Below, in pieces: positions 34,757 to 48,257 of a DNA stretch of 64,000 bases. Below the pieces are notes generated by a model, which saw nothing but the letters and a program-made list of their open reading frames with translations, was not told the origin of the DNA and made no database searches. The position numbers and the translations under genes are program-made. Source of the stretch: Eledone cirrhosa (taxonomy: Eukaryota); the NCBI GenBank assembly GCA_964016885.1, contig OZ024751.1:372001-436000 (forward strand), written 5' to 3'. Numbering within the stretch: the stretch's first letter is position 1; each line of letters opens with the position of its first letter.

Positions 34757-35214
34757 TAACATTATTCTAGAAATTAATTTAATTTAAATGTTAGTTAACC
34801 TATAAATTTAATTTAATTAATATTTTATTACAGATGAGAAAATATTATGTAATCATAAATTGTGAAAAACCTTTAAATATTACTAATATATACTTAGTAA
34901 TTTAATTTATAGATTAATTTTAATTTATTTAAACCTTTTATTATAATTCTTTTACAGATAAAATATAACAAAATAATATCATGTATCCAATGACAGAGAA
35001 ATAATTTTTAGTATTATAGACCTAATTAATATACATTTTGGAAATATATTTATTATTTGGTTTTAGTTTTAATCAACCTAAAAATTTTAATTTTAATTTG
35101 CTTAAAATTAGTATCCTTATACAGACGAATTGCAGAATGTCATGTAATCATAGAATGGGATGTGTTTTGGATATATACCTAGTTAATATATTCTGTGCAA
35201 TTTTTTGAAAAAGA

Positions 35215-35285
35215 TATGTATATGTATATGTGTATGTATATGTGTGTGTTGTGTATGTGTATCTGTATGTATGTATATATGTGTA

Positions 35286-35330
<45 letters not shown>

Positions 35331-36482
35331 ATATGTATGTATATGTGTATGTGTATGTATATGTATATGTATGCGTATTAATTTTGATTTCTATTTGCAT
35401 ATAATTATATTATGCTATTGATGAAATACAATATCTGCTTTATGTATTGTATACCTAATTAACATATACTAATTAACGTATACTATTGAAATAAATATAT
35501 AATTTTTAATTTAGTTAACATATAATTTATATGCTACTACCGATGTAATACTTTATTTTATTTTTATTTGGGTTTCTTTTCCCTATTACTAAATTCATCT
35601 CCTAATATTGATACCATAACGTTATTAACTTTAATTTAGTTATACTGTAATTAATAATCTACTACTGTTTGACTTCAAAATTCTGCTTCAAATATTATAA
35701 ACCTAACTAATTTACACCTTAGAAATCAATATGTTGACTATCTTTGGTTTAGTTAACATATGATTAATGGTATACTTATTTATTTTGAGATGCATAGATT
35801 TCGTATTTCCTAGCACTGAAAATATGTAAGAACATACATTGAATTAAGATACGGAAAATATTATATGTTTCTTGAAACATATATTTACTTTGATCCCCTT
35901 CTCCAAACCCCCCCTTTCCCCCATACTATTATCATCTGTATTTGTAAGCGTCTATGTATGAATATATATGTAGGTAGGTGTCTATATAGGTTTGGGTATT
36001 TATATCTAAATATAAAAATACATATATGAGCATGCAAATATGAATGTAAGATTGCGTGTGTATATATGATTGTACATATATATGTATGTATATATATGTA
36101 TATATATGCATTATATATGTATGTGTATGTGAATGTGTTGTATGTATATGTGTATGTATGTGTATATATGTGTATGTATGTGTATGCTTGTATATATAGG
36201 AATATATATATGTGTATATATGTATGTATATGTATATGCGTGTATGTATGTATGTGTATGTGTGTTGTGTATATATATGTATGTCTCTCTATTTATATGT
36301 TTATCTTCGTATCTATGTGATATATGTATGTGTGTGTGCACGTATGCATATGTATGTGTTTGTGTGTGTTTGTATGTGTGTGTGTATATATGTGTATGTG
36401 CGCACACACACATACACATATATATATATATATGTGAGTGTGTATGTGTGTCTGTGTGTGTGTGTGTGTGTGTATGTATATG

Positions 36483-36518
<36 letters not shown>

Positions 36519-36627
36519 GATATATATATATATATATATAGGTGTCTATGTGTGAATATATGTCTTTATTCGTATGTGTGTATTTATGTATGTATATGTT
36601 TATGTGTATGTATGTATGTGTATGTAT

Positions 36628-36659
<32 letters not shown>

Positions 36660-36826
36660 GTATATGTATATATATATATGTATATTATTCTTTATTATTA
36701 TAATATAACTTATGTGTATATGTGTATAAGTGAGGTTGTGTATGTATATATAATATGTGTATATATAAGAGTAATAAAATATATATATATATATATATGT
36801 GCATGTCTGTTTTTTATGTGTGTGTG

Positions 36827-36861
<35 letters not shown>

Positions 36862-37363
36862 GTATATACGTGTGTGTATATAGAGATATATATATATATA
36901 CATGTGGGTGTTTGTATGTGTATTTATGGTGGTATGAGTGTGGATATATATGTTTATATATATATGTATATATATATATGTATGAGTCTATGTGTGTGTA
37001 TATATGTGTATATATGTGTATATATATATATATATATATGTATGTGTATATGTATGTGTGTATATATATATATATGTGTATGTATGTGTGTATATATATA
37101 TATCTCTATTAATGCGTGTGTGTATGTATATACATATGCCTTTTTATTATTATTTTTATTTGTATGTCTGAGTTTGGTGAGGTTGTATTGTTTTTTATGT
37201 ATATACACATATATGGAAGCGTATGTATTTATATATATGAGTATAAGTAGGTGCATATGTATGTATGATTATATATCTAATTCTATGTATGAAGGTACAT
37301 CTATATATATATATATAAGTGTGTATGTAAGTTGTGTGTGTATGTATCTATATGTCTATGTGA

Positions 37364-37407
<44 letters not shown>

Positions 37408-37496
37408 CGATGTGCGTATATGTATGTACATGTATGTACATGTATGTGTGTATGTATGTGTATGTATATTTAGATGTATGTGTATGTATGTGTATA

Positions 37497-37549
<53 letters not shown>

Positions 37550-37800
37550 ATATATATATATATGGATATATATCTTTATTATCTATTTTTTATATATATG
37601 TGTATGTGTGTATGTGTTGCGCGTGTGTGTGTGTATATATATATCTTTTTATATTTTTATATGTGTATGTGTATGTTCGTGTAAGTGTATGTGTGTGTAT
37701 GACTGTATATGTATGTGTGTATGTGTGTATGCGTAAATATTTCTATGTGCGCGTACATGCATGTATGTGTGTATATATATCTGTATGTGTATGTATATTA
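35215..37800. repeat. Cryptic (TA)/(TG)/(TATG) low-complexity tracts (35215-35375, ~35950-37800) lying between the PLE ORF and its 3' pLTR
   Basis: Seen directly. Confidence 0.9.
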
Positions 37801-38389
37801 TATTATATTTATTATATTTTATTTTTTTATTGTTTTATTTTTTTATTTTTCTTAATTTATAGATACATTTATATTAGGCAGTCTGCTCAGACAATTGAAT
37901 ACTGACCCCTCCCCCCCCTCCCACCTAATTTCTGTATCTTGATCTTGAAATGTGTGTGCCAGTGTTTTATGTGAGTGATTTAATTTCTATGTGCTTATGA
38001 TTTTATATCCACATATATAAATGTGAGTGGGGGTGTGTGTGTGTTTGTATGTTCGTGGTTATGTGTATATTTATGCATATACGCGCATGTATGTGTGATT
38101 ATACTGATATGTGTGAGTATGAAAAAATATATTTATATGCTTGACTCCATAAGTATCAATGCGCATCTTATCAGCGCATTTTGAGCTTACAGAGATATTA
38201 ACCTTGAAATTTTGTGTTTGCATCCATCTTTTTAGTATGCGTATACAAATTATACACACATTTCTGTAAAATATGTGTAAGGATTTTACATGTATATACA
38301 CACACCGAACTGCTTTTAACCCTTTGTGTTTTCATTGGTCAATTTTGAACTGATATTTTGAATTGTTGTTATTATCAATAAATATACTT

Positions 38390-38540
38390 CATTATTTCTG
38401 AAGACGGCGTATATATGTGTTAGGTATGTATATTTAATCTTGATAATTTGTATAATTTTGTATAATTTTGTACATAGATCTGTTGAATATGCATACCAAG
38501 TATAACACATGTATACCCTAGAAACGATCGTTAAATAATG
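38390..38540 (+). ncRNA. Same extended-stem hammerhead in 3' pLTR
   Basis: Appears identical to 31819-31969. Confidence 0.75.
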
Positions 38541-38727
38541 AACTTTTTTTGTTTAATATAAGGAATTGTTTATTCATTATTTGTTTAATATTTTATCTTG
38601 ACTCTGTATACCGTTTATCTTTCACCGAAAGTGGATTTTCATTACATCTCTTCTTTCCATGATATCCGGAATACATTGAGTTCTTCATACGGATTGGACA
38701 CTACCGTAAACTCTTGGTAGATTTATC

Positions 38728-38776
<49 letters not shown>

Positions 38777-39459
38777 GTATATATGTGCTACTGGTAACAT
38801 GTATCCCAGTACAACCTGTCTCATGGTCAGGTCGTTGGCGACTAAACTGGCAACCCCACCAAGGTTTCTTGGTGAGGAGGGTGACTTTGGACATCCTGCA
38901 GGACTAAAAACAAAACCTGTCAAAGGGAAAAGGAGCTCTTAAGAATTCAATGGCCATCCAAAATCACCAGGAGAGATGACCCCTTAGCCTTTGTCAAGGC
39001 AGAATTCTAGGAGAAGGAAAACTCTGATATAACACCTGCAACCCTGATGGTATCCAATGATGTTGACTTGTTCTTCTTTTGGTAAATATCATCTTGGTTA
39101 AGAGAGTGGGACTGGCTTTGTGCAGTGCCTTTGCTCACTATAAAAGCTTCACGGCACAGGCATTGCTTTGTAGCTGGAGATCTCTCTGCACTTGTCATCA
39201 CATGGTACCATGGGCCCAGCACTATGTGTCAATAATTGTCGCAAGTGTAGTGTTTGTACCAGAGTTTTCAAGTCGCTGGCTGGACTAAAAAGTCACACTC
39301 GTTCAGCGCATCGGTAGGGGTTCTCCTACATGGATATAAAGTAGTGGCCGTACTCGAAAACGAGTTGGCAGCCACCATATATGTGTATATGTATATATAT
39401 ATATAGTGGTAGACACTGGAAGGTAATATCCGTAGTGGTAGAGCACTCAGTCCATGGGA

Positions 39460-40015
39460 CTACCACTACGACAACAACAACAATACTACCACTACCATCA
39501 CTACCACCACCACTACCACAACAATCACTACCAACACCAACGCCACCATCATTACCATCACTATCACAACCATCCTACCAACACCACCACCACCACCACA
39601 ACAACATACAACATCACCACCACTACCACCACCACAACCATCACTACCAACACCAGCACCATCACCACCACCACAACCATCACTACCAACACAACTTCCA
39701 CCACCACCGCCACCATCATTACCAACACCACCACCACAACAACATACATCACCACCACATACATCAACCATCACTACCAACACAACTTCCACCACCACCG
39801 CCACCATCATTACCAACACCACCACCACCACCACAACAACATAACCACCACTACCACAACCATCACTACCAACACCACCACCATCACCGTCACTACCAAT
39901 ACCACCACCATCACCACCACCACGACCATCACAACTTCCACCACCACTGCCACCATCATTACCAACACCACCACCACCACAACAACAACATACATCACCA
40001 CCACCACAACCGCCA
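39460..40015. repeat. (ACC/ACA/ATC) cryptic trinucleotide minisatellite
   Basis: Seen directly. Confidence 0.9.
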
Positions 40016-40354
40016 TAGTTTACCCTGGGGTATCACAGCTATGAGCCAGTCTATATGAGTGGAGTAGTGAGAGTGGTGACGGGGGATAGAGGCAGATTAA
40101 AGGGGGAGGGGAGAGAAGCTGCACAATGGTGGCCCTTCTAACCCCCCCCCATTACAATCAGTACCCTACACCACCACCCCACCCATCCCTACTTTACATT
40201 CTTTACAACTGTAAATAAGGACATTAGAGGATTTTTTTAATAAAACAATTCATATTATATTGATAATGACTTGGGGGGAGGGGGGGATCTATATGGATCC
40301 CCTCCCCACTCACACCTTTGTTATATAGCAGCTGGTATGACTACTGCTAACACA

Positions 40355-40356
40355 TA

Positions 40357-40388
<32 letters not shown>

Positions 40389-40656
40389 CATTACAGCAAC
40401 AACCACCATCACTATTACTACTGCTACTACTACTATTAGCACCACCACTACAGCCATCATCACTACTGTTACTGTTAGTATTACAGAAACTACCACCATC
40501 ACTACAACTACTACTAGAAGCACCACCACCACTACCACTACCGCCTCCACCACCACTACAGCCAACATCACTACTATTACTGCTACTACCACCACCACTA
40601 CCACCACCACCACCACCACCACCATTACAGCCACGACTACCATTAGTACTACTACT
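40355..40656. repeat. (ACT/ACC) low-complexity array
   Basis: Seen directly. Confidence 0.9.
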
Positions 40657-40809
40657 ATATATCAGATATCTACAGCTGTGTTATAGTTACTAATAAACAA
40701 AATGTGGACTCTGCCAGTCACATTACAAGGAGCAGTAAGTTTGTATGTGAACTGCTACAAAGGGAGTTCTTTTGTCCTCATTTCATGGGACAACCTCACT
40801 AGTGTTGGT

Positions 40810-41778
40810 GGTATGATAAAATACACCCTGTACACTCTATAATGTAATGGACCTGTGGTATAATAAAATACACCCAGTACACTTTGTTATGGAACTGTAG
40901 TATAATAAAATACACCCAGTACACTCTGTAATGGACCTGTGGTATAATAAAATATGCCCAGTACACTCTGTAATGGATCTGTGGTATAATAAAATACGCC
41001 CAGTACACTCTGTAATGGACCTGTGGTATAATAAAATACGTCCAGTACACTCTGTAATGGACCTGTGGTATAATAAAATACGCCCAGTACACTCTGTAAT
41101 GGACCTGTGGTATAATAAAATATGAACAGTACACTCTGTAATGGACATGTGGTATAATAAAATATGAACAGTACACTCTGTAATGGACATGTGGTATAAT
41201 AAAATATGCCCAGTACACTCTGTAATGGACCTGTGGTATAATAAAATACATCCAGTACACTCTGTAATGGACCTGTGGTATAATAAAATATGCCCAGTAC
41301 ACTCTGTAATGGACCTGTGGTATAATAAAATACGTCCAGTACACTCTGTAATGGACCTGTGGTATAATAAAATATGCCCAGTACACTCTGTAATGGACCT
41401 GTGGTATAATAAAATATGTCCAGTACACTCTGTAATGGACCTGTGGTATAATAAAATACATCCAGTACACTCTGTAATGGACCTGTGGTATAATAAAATA
41501 TGCCCAGTACACTCTGTAATGGACCTGTGGTATAATAAAATACGCCCAGTACACTCTGTAATGGACCTGTGGTATAATAAAATACGCCCAGTACATTCTG
41601 TAATAGGACAACCTCATTAATACTGGTGGCATGGTAAAATAGACCCAGTACACTCTGTAATGGACCTGTCTTGAGACAAATTCACTAGCATTGGTGGTAT
41701 GATTAAATACACCCAGTACAATCTGTAATGGATCTGTGGTATGTTGAAATACACCCAGTACACTCTGTAATGGACCTT
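40810..41778. repeat. 42-bp minisatellite CAGTACACTCTGTAATGGACCTGTGGTATAATAAAATAYRYC
   Basis: About 17 well-conserved units (~40875-41600) with degenerate flanking units; the ORF track shows a matching 14-aa period. Confidence 0.95.
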
Positions 41779-42444
41779 TGTTGATTTCAATGATGAGTGT
41801 TGGAACAGCCTGCTCATAAATTAATGTATAAGTGGCTGAGCATACTCAAGGTTATGGTAAAGACACTTGCCCAAGATGTTATACAATATGATCAAATGTG
41901 TAACCTCATGACTGAAAAACAAACTGCTTAACCATTCAATAATACTTGTATCGACAGAAATCAATACTAAGATCCTGTACCACATGAAATTGCATAAACA
42001 AGACATTATTGAAAAGTACAAAACAGTACAATGACTGTATCATATTAAAAATTAAAGTCTTTACCCTAATACTATAAATGCTCACAACAATCTGTCTACT
42101 AGTAAAGGTACTATAAACATTTGAATTAAAAACTGCATTAAACCACATTAGCAGAAACAGCACTATGACTGCATCATAATAAAAATTAAAGTCTTTACTC
42201 TAAGTAGCAGTCAAACCACCCTTCCCAGTGAATGAAGTAAAGATACTGTAATGGAAGATAGCAAGATATGGCAAAGAAAGTGTGATATGGGAAATGTAAA
42301 CTTGCTTATGTTGCCAGTCCTGTTCTAATTATAATTAGAGTGCTAATTATAATTAGAGTGATAATTATCACTCTTATCCAGCGGTATAAATCTGTGGAAA
42401 TTCTACCAACCAAGAATTTGATCAGAAATCATTAGGTCTACCAA

Positions 42445-42658
42445 GAACTCACCCACAGATGTGTCTACACGTTACGTCAGATGAAGAGGAGACCCACACT
42501 GTTCGATCACACCCACACTGTCCAAGCTCACCCACAGATGTGTCTACACTCAACTACACTGGACGAAGAGAAGGAAACCCACACTGTCCAAGCTCACCCA
42601 CAGATGTGTCTACACTATACTACGCTGGATGAAGAGAAGGAGACTCACACTGTCCAAG
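42445..42658. repeat. ~69-bp tandem repeat, about 3 copies
   Basis: CTCACCCACAGATGTGTCTACAC...GAAGAG..GGAGACCCACACTGT recurs three times. Confidence 0.8.
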
Positions 42659-43035
42659 AAGCAGGCTCTGCTGCTGATCCCTTTTCACTCATGTAACGAC
42701 ACAGCCCCTATATTTCCAGCAAGGATCCCCATCATCTAATAGACCCCCTCCCCCATAACCCCATAGGAATCCCCTATAATGCTACAGAAAGATATAGTAT
42801 AAGGAAGGTATATAGTAAAAGGAAGTATATGGTAAAAGGAAGAATACTTACAGATCGAAATATCATATGAAGTGGCATTGAAATATGGAAATTTAATGCT
42901 ATATTATTGGTGACTTGGACGGCAAAGAACATCATTACCATTACAACATAGTTCCTAAAAGAGAGAAAAATGGAAAATTGCAGATCAGTTTAAATGTAAA
43001 GAAATATATATACAAGTCAACGGCCTATGCTATCA

Positions 43036-46000
43036 CTACTGGCTGCTTTTCGATATGAGGGATGGAGTAAGGAATTTCTGGAGAGTCTGAAGAATCTGGA
43101 CACTCGATGACAATGCCAAAGATAACGACAAATTCACCTCATGCTGCCGGACGAAGGGGCAAGGCCCCCCCCCCCTCTTTGTTTCGGCCGCGGATGGCCA
43201 ACATAACCCCAAACTCATTCCCCTCACCCCTCCCTGTGCCCCATCCTCCAAACACAATCCAAAACTTCAGAGTTGGTACCATGAACGTAGGCACCTTAAA
43301 AGGCCGCTCTAACGAGGTTGTAGAATTGCTTGAACGTAAGGAGGTTGATGTTTGCTGTATCCAAGAGACCAGGTGGAGGGGCGGGTCTGCTAGATTCATT
43401 GTGGGTAAAAAACGTTGCTATAAGCTTTTCTGGGTGGGGAATGACAATGGGATAGGTGGGGTAGGAATCATGTTAGCAGAAAAATGGGTGGATAAGATAA
43501 TAGATGTAAATAGAGTGAATGACAGAATAATTAAAATAAGACTTGTTCTAAACAGAACTACTGTGACAGTAATATCTGCATACGCGCCCCAATCAGGACT
43601 GCCTGGCGCTATAAAAGACAGATTCTATGAGACACTGATGCTCACTACCTCCCAAATAACCGACAGTGACTATATAATTATTGCTGGCGACCTAAATGGT
43701 CACGTTGGACAACATTGTGACGGCTATGACGGAATCCACGGAGGCTATGGGTTTGGTACTAGAAACGAGGAAGGCTCCAGAATCCTTGAATTCTGTGATG
43801 CAAACAACCTAACTATCTGTAACACTAACTTCAAAAAACGAGACAATCACTTGATCACCTACAGATCAGGAGAACATACCAGCCAGGTAGATTATATCCT
43901 TACCAGAAGACGTGACAGAGTGTCTGTTGTAAACACTAAATCCCTCCCCCATGAAGAATGCACCTCCCAACATAGACTTATAATTAGCGACCTCATAGTC
44001 AGGACGAGACGTACTAGACAGCAGAAGAGGACTATCCTCAGGAGAAAAATATGGAAGCTAAAGGATCCCACAGCCAGAAATAAATTTCAAAGCATATTAC
44101 TTGATGCTTTCGACAGTAAGGAAGAGCAATTAGAGTCGTACAAGGTAGAGGAACAGTGGGAATTCCTGAAAGCAAACCTGCTGATGGCGGCAGACGAAGT
44201 CTGTGGCTGGAGCAGGCCTGTAGGCAGGAGGAGAGTAACATGGTGGTGGAACAGTAAGGTGGAGGGGTAAATCAAGGCCAAAAAGCAGGCTTGGAAAGCA
44301 TGGCAGGATGGGGGAAGTAGAGAAGACTATCAAGTGGCCAGGAGGGAAGCTAGGAGACAAGTGTACTTCGCAAGAAGGGAAGCAGAGGAAAGAAAGTTCA
44401 AGCATGTTCTACAACGCGAGGACCAAAAACGTGAGGTGTTCAGGATTGCTAGGCAATGTGTCAAGGAAAACCGTGATATTGTCGGGGAGAAATGTGTACT
44501 TAATGATGATGGTGTACTTGCCATCACTGACGCTGATAAGAAGGTAGTTTGGAAGTGTCACTACGAAAGGCTACTAAATGAGGAGAATAAATGGGAGAAA
44601 GACAGTCTCCTTCACATCGACCCAATAGAGGGACCAGCAGTGTTAGTCGAAGGTAGTATAATAAGTAAGGCAATCAAAGATATGAAGACGGGTAAGGCGG
44701 CTGGGCCTTCGGAAATAGTTGCTGAGATGCTGAAAGCCTCCGGTACGGTGGGACACACCATGGTCACCCGGATAGTAAACCAAGTCATACAGAATGGGGT
44801 TGTTCCGAAGGACTGGCGTAGCAGTATCATCGTTAACTGTTACAAGGGTAAAGGAGACGCCCTAGATAGGAGTAACTATAGAGGCATTAAATTAATCGAC
44901 CAGGTCATGAAGGTCACGGAAAAAGTAATAGCGCAACTAATCAGAGAGAGAATTGATCTAGATGAAATGCAGTTCGGGTTTGTGTCAGGCAAAAGTACCA
45001 CAGACGCTCTTTTCATTGTACGACAACTACAGGAGAAGTACCTAGCTAAAAGTAAACCCCTATACTTAGCTTTTGTCGACTTCGAGAAAGCCTTCGACAG
45101 AGTCCCTCGTTCCATTATCTGGTGGGCTCTTAGAAAACTAGGTGTTGACGAATGGCTTGTGAGAGCCATACAAGCCATGTATAAAGAAACAGTCAGCAAG
45201 GTTAGAATTAACAACGAATATAGTGAAGAGTTTAGCGTAAAAGTTGGTGTCCATCAGGGCTCTGTTCTTAGCCCCCTACTAATTATTATTTCCCTTCAGG
45301 CTATAACAGAGGAGTTCAAGACCGGCTGCCCATGGGAACTCCTATACGCAGATGATCTAATGCTCATAGCTGAATCAATGGCCGAGCTAGAGAAGAAATT
45401 CCAAACATGGAAGCACGGCCTAGAATCAAAAGGCCTTAAAATTAACCTGGCTAAGACTAAAGTTCTAGTTTGTAGGAAAGAAAATAAGGCGCCGGTCCCC
45501 TCCGGGAAATGGCCATGCTCAGTGTGTAGGAAAGGCGTAGGTAGAAACTCCATTTTATGTCCCAAATGCAAAGTATGGGTGCATAAAAGATGTAGTGGGA
45601 TCACAGGTAAGCTAACTAAGAACACAGATTTTACATGTGGCCGGTGCTCTGGTGCAATAAGTAGCAGCAAGTGCCCACAGAATACTAGCTCTTTCAATTG
45701 CGTAGAGGGTTCTATAGAAATAGTGGACAGCTTCCGTTACCTGGGTGACAAAATCAGCAGTGGGGGAGGGATGCTCTGAAAGTACAGTAGCTAGAGTCAG
45801 AACTGGATGGAAAAAGTTCAGAGAGCTTATACCACTATTAGCTGCTAAAGGGTTCTCCCTAAAAATGAAAGGCAGGTTGTATGATGTCTGCATACGAACA
45901 GCAATGTTGCATGGCAGTGAGACCTGGGAATTGTGTGCAGAGGATATACGCAGACTAGAGAGGAACGAAGCTTGCATGCTCCGCTGGATGTGTAATAGTA

Positions 46001-46797
46001 ATATACGTGAACGGCAAAGCATAAACGAACTAAGGAAAAAATTAGAAATAAGAGGGATCAGATGTTGTTTACTCGAGAGAAGGCTACGTTGGTATGGTCA
46101 CGTGATGCGCATGAAAGACGACAGCTGTATAACAAAGTGCAGGGCAATAAAGATACATGGTAGCCACGGAGTAGGCAGACTCAGGAAAACCTGGGACGAG
46201 CTGATAAACTCCGACCTCACACACTTGCACCTCTCCAAGACAATGTCACTGGACCGAGACCTTTGGCGGTACTCAGTAACAGAGAAGACCCGCCTTACCT
46301 AAATACAAAGTAAAACCTACTACAGTCAGTAGGCATCTCTAACAAAATACACCCCCGTCCCACCACCCACACCCCATCCACACCGCCCCCTTCAATGCAA
46401 AGTTATGTTGGTGCCACAACATCCAGGCCGAAACAAATGAGATCGTGTAGGTGTCACGACAAAAAACACACAGTCACGCTGTAATCTGGCCGTGTAGGCA
46501 ACACGGTAAAAACCTCCCAGTCCCACACTGTAAATGTGGTTGGTGTTAGGAAGGGCATCCAGCTGTAGAAAACACGCCAGACAGTCCACGCTGTAATGTG
46601 GCCATGTAGGCAACACGGTAAAAACCTCCCAGCCCCACACTGTAAATGTGGTTGGTGTTAGGAAGGGCATCCAGCTGTAGAAAACCCGCCAGACAGTCCT
46701 ATGCGGGCAAGACAACCACTCTTGCTTCAAGTGGGAAAACCCCCGTCCAAACCCATGCAAGCGTGGAACAGGGACGTTAAACGATGATGATGATGAT
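43036..46797 (+). mobile_element. Near full-length RTE-clade LINE (APE, RT, PHD-type finger, 3' UTR, (GAT)n tail); 5' boundary approximate
   Basis: APE motifs TMNV, IQETRW, SAYAPQ, GDLNGH, VDYIL, SQH; RT motifs QFGF, VDFEKAFDRV, GVHQGSVLSP, YADD, YLG; ~110-bp duplication in the 3' UTR. Confidence 0.95.
43107..46302 (+). pseudogene. RTE ORF2 with one in-frame TAA (44268-44270) and one +1 frameshift (~45765)
   Basis: ORFs 43107-44270 and 44334-45779 are in the same frame, and the paralogue at 48260 reads through the stop position (KVDEAIK). ORF 45745-46302 continues the protein in the +1 frame. Confidence 0.9.
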
Positions 46798-47160
46798 GCA
46801 TAGGCTGGAGAGAAATGAAGCTACCATGATTTGTTGGATATTCAATGTAAATGTGAGAGAAAGACAGAGCTTGGATGAACTGAGGGAGAAGTTGGGTTTA
46901 AGAGGAATCAGAAATGGTGTGCAAGAAAGAAGACTGTGTTGGGATGGACATATGATGTGCATGGACAATGATCTCTAAGTGAAGAAATGCTAGGAAATCC
47001 CAGTGGAAAGAAGCCACAGTAGAATTAAATCAAGAAAGACCTGGGCAGAGGTAGTGAGAACAAATCTCAAAAAATGGAGAGATGCTGTGCAGAAAAGGAC
47101 CCATCCAACCCATGCGAGCATGTAAAAACTGACATAAAAATGATGATGATGATAATGATG
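46798..47160 (+). mobile_element. Short RTE 3' fragment directly behind the tail of the preceding LINE
   Basis: RLERNEATMICW...RRLCWDGHMM is homologous to 45950-46120; (TGA)n tail. Confidence 0.85.
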
Positions 47161-47343
47161 AGAAAAAAACAGTTGAAAATGGAACTGGAGTCTTTAAGAA
47201 GGTTTATTAATAAATCTTGAAACAGTGCGGTTAAGTTATTCTAAATAAAATTTTCTTAAAGACTCCAATTGCATTTTCAACTTTTTCCTATATTTTTACC
47301 TGTGTGGGACATAAAAAAATCCTTACTTTCTTATATGAATACA

Positions 47344-47380
<37 letters not shown>

Positions 47381-47617
47381 CAGAAAAGGTGAAATTGGAA
47401 ATAGCACGGAAAATATATTTAAGGGTCTGTTTTCCTTTTTTTATCCTTTGTTTGATTCGTCAAAGTGACATTATTGAAAAGATGACATTATTGAAAAAAT
47501 GAGAGAGACAATTCTTTTAAAAAAGAGTTTTATAATGTATATAAAGTATTACCGGTTTCAATGTATTATTAATATATGGATTGGCAGTATCGGTAGAGGG
47601 CCGGACGCCATGCTTTG

Positions 47618-47763
47618 AGGCATAGAGTTACTGCCCTTGCCATTCTGCGTTCAAATCCCACCGAGGTTAACGTTGCCTTTCATCCTTACGGGGCCGATAA
47701 AATAAAGTACCAGTAATGCACTGGGTAATTGCTGGCTTTGTGCCAAAAGTAGAAACAATTATT
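47618..47763 (+). mobile_element. SINE fragment, second family (B-box-like GTTCAAAT; GCCTTTCATCCTT...GATAAAATAAAGTACCAG centre)
   Basis: Second copy at 52921-53073. The central motif resembles the Meta-type SINE domain (from memory). Confidence 0.7.
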
Positions 47764-47765
47764 TA

Positions 47766-47843
<78 letters not shown>

Positions 47844-47863
47844 CATATATATATATTCATATA

Positions 47864-48212
47864 CATCATCATCATCATCATCATCATCATTTTACGTCCG
47901 CTTTTCCCTGCTTGCAAGGGTGGGACGGGAACTGATTCTGGCTTGATTTCTACAGCTGGATGCCCTTCCTAACACCAACCTCATTTACAGTGAGTGCTGG
48001 GTGCTTTTTTGCTGTGGCACCTATACGACCACTTTGCAGTGGAATGATATGGACCCCAGTCCCTATCATCTCATTTTTACAGCTGAGTAAACTGGAGCAA
48101 TGTGAAATAAAGTGTCTTGCTCAAGGAAACAACACATCACCTGGTCTGAGAATTGAACTCACAACCTTTCAATTGCAAGCCCAATGCTCTAACCACTAAG
48201 CCATGTGCCTCC
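47864..48212 (-). mobile_element. Full-length tRNA-derived SINE with RTE-type tail
   Basis: Minus strand: A box TGGCTTAGTGG, B box GAGTTCAATTC, CORE-like TCCTTGAGCAAGACACTT, tail similar to the RTE 3' UTR, (GAT)n end. Confidence 0.88.
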
Positions 48213-48257
48213 ATGAACATACATATTCATATACATACATCAGAGGATGAGATAGAT

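Larger units (their letters stand above)
31743..38733 (+). mobile_element. Apparently intact Penelope-like retroelement with direct pLTRs (31743-32162, 38314-38733)
   Basis: Uninterrupted RT+GIY-YIG ORF; ~420-bp direct repeats offset by 6571 bp with no mismatch found by eye; 3' end abuts (TA)n. Confidence 0.92.

Noticed and set aside
38780-39380. Non-repetitive-looking stretch, possible exon or LINE 5' UTR
   Set aside because: Only short ORFs without recognisable motifs; cannot be supported without a search.
44268-44270. Programmed readthrough or selenocysteine between APE and RT
   Set aside because: The stop is TAA and the paralogous copy has a sense codon there; a simple nonsense mutation.
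48140-48212. tRNA gene on the minus strand
   Set aside because: No clean acceptor stem, and it continues into a SINE body; it is a SINE head.
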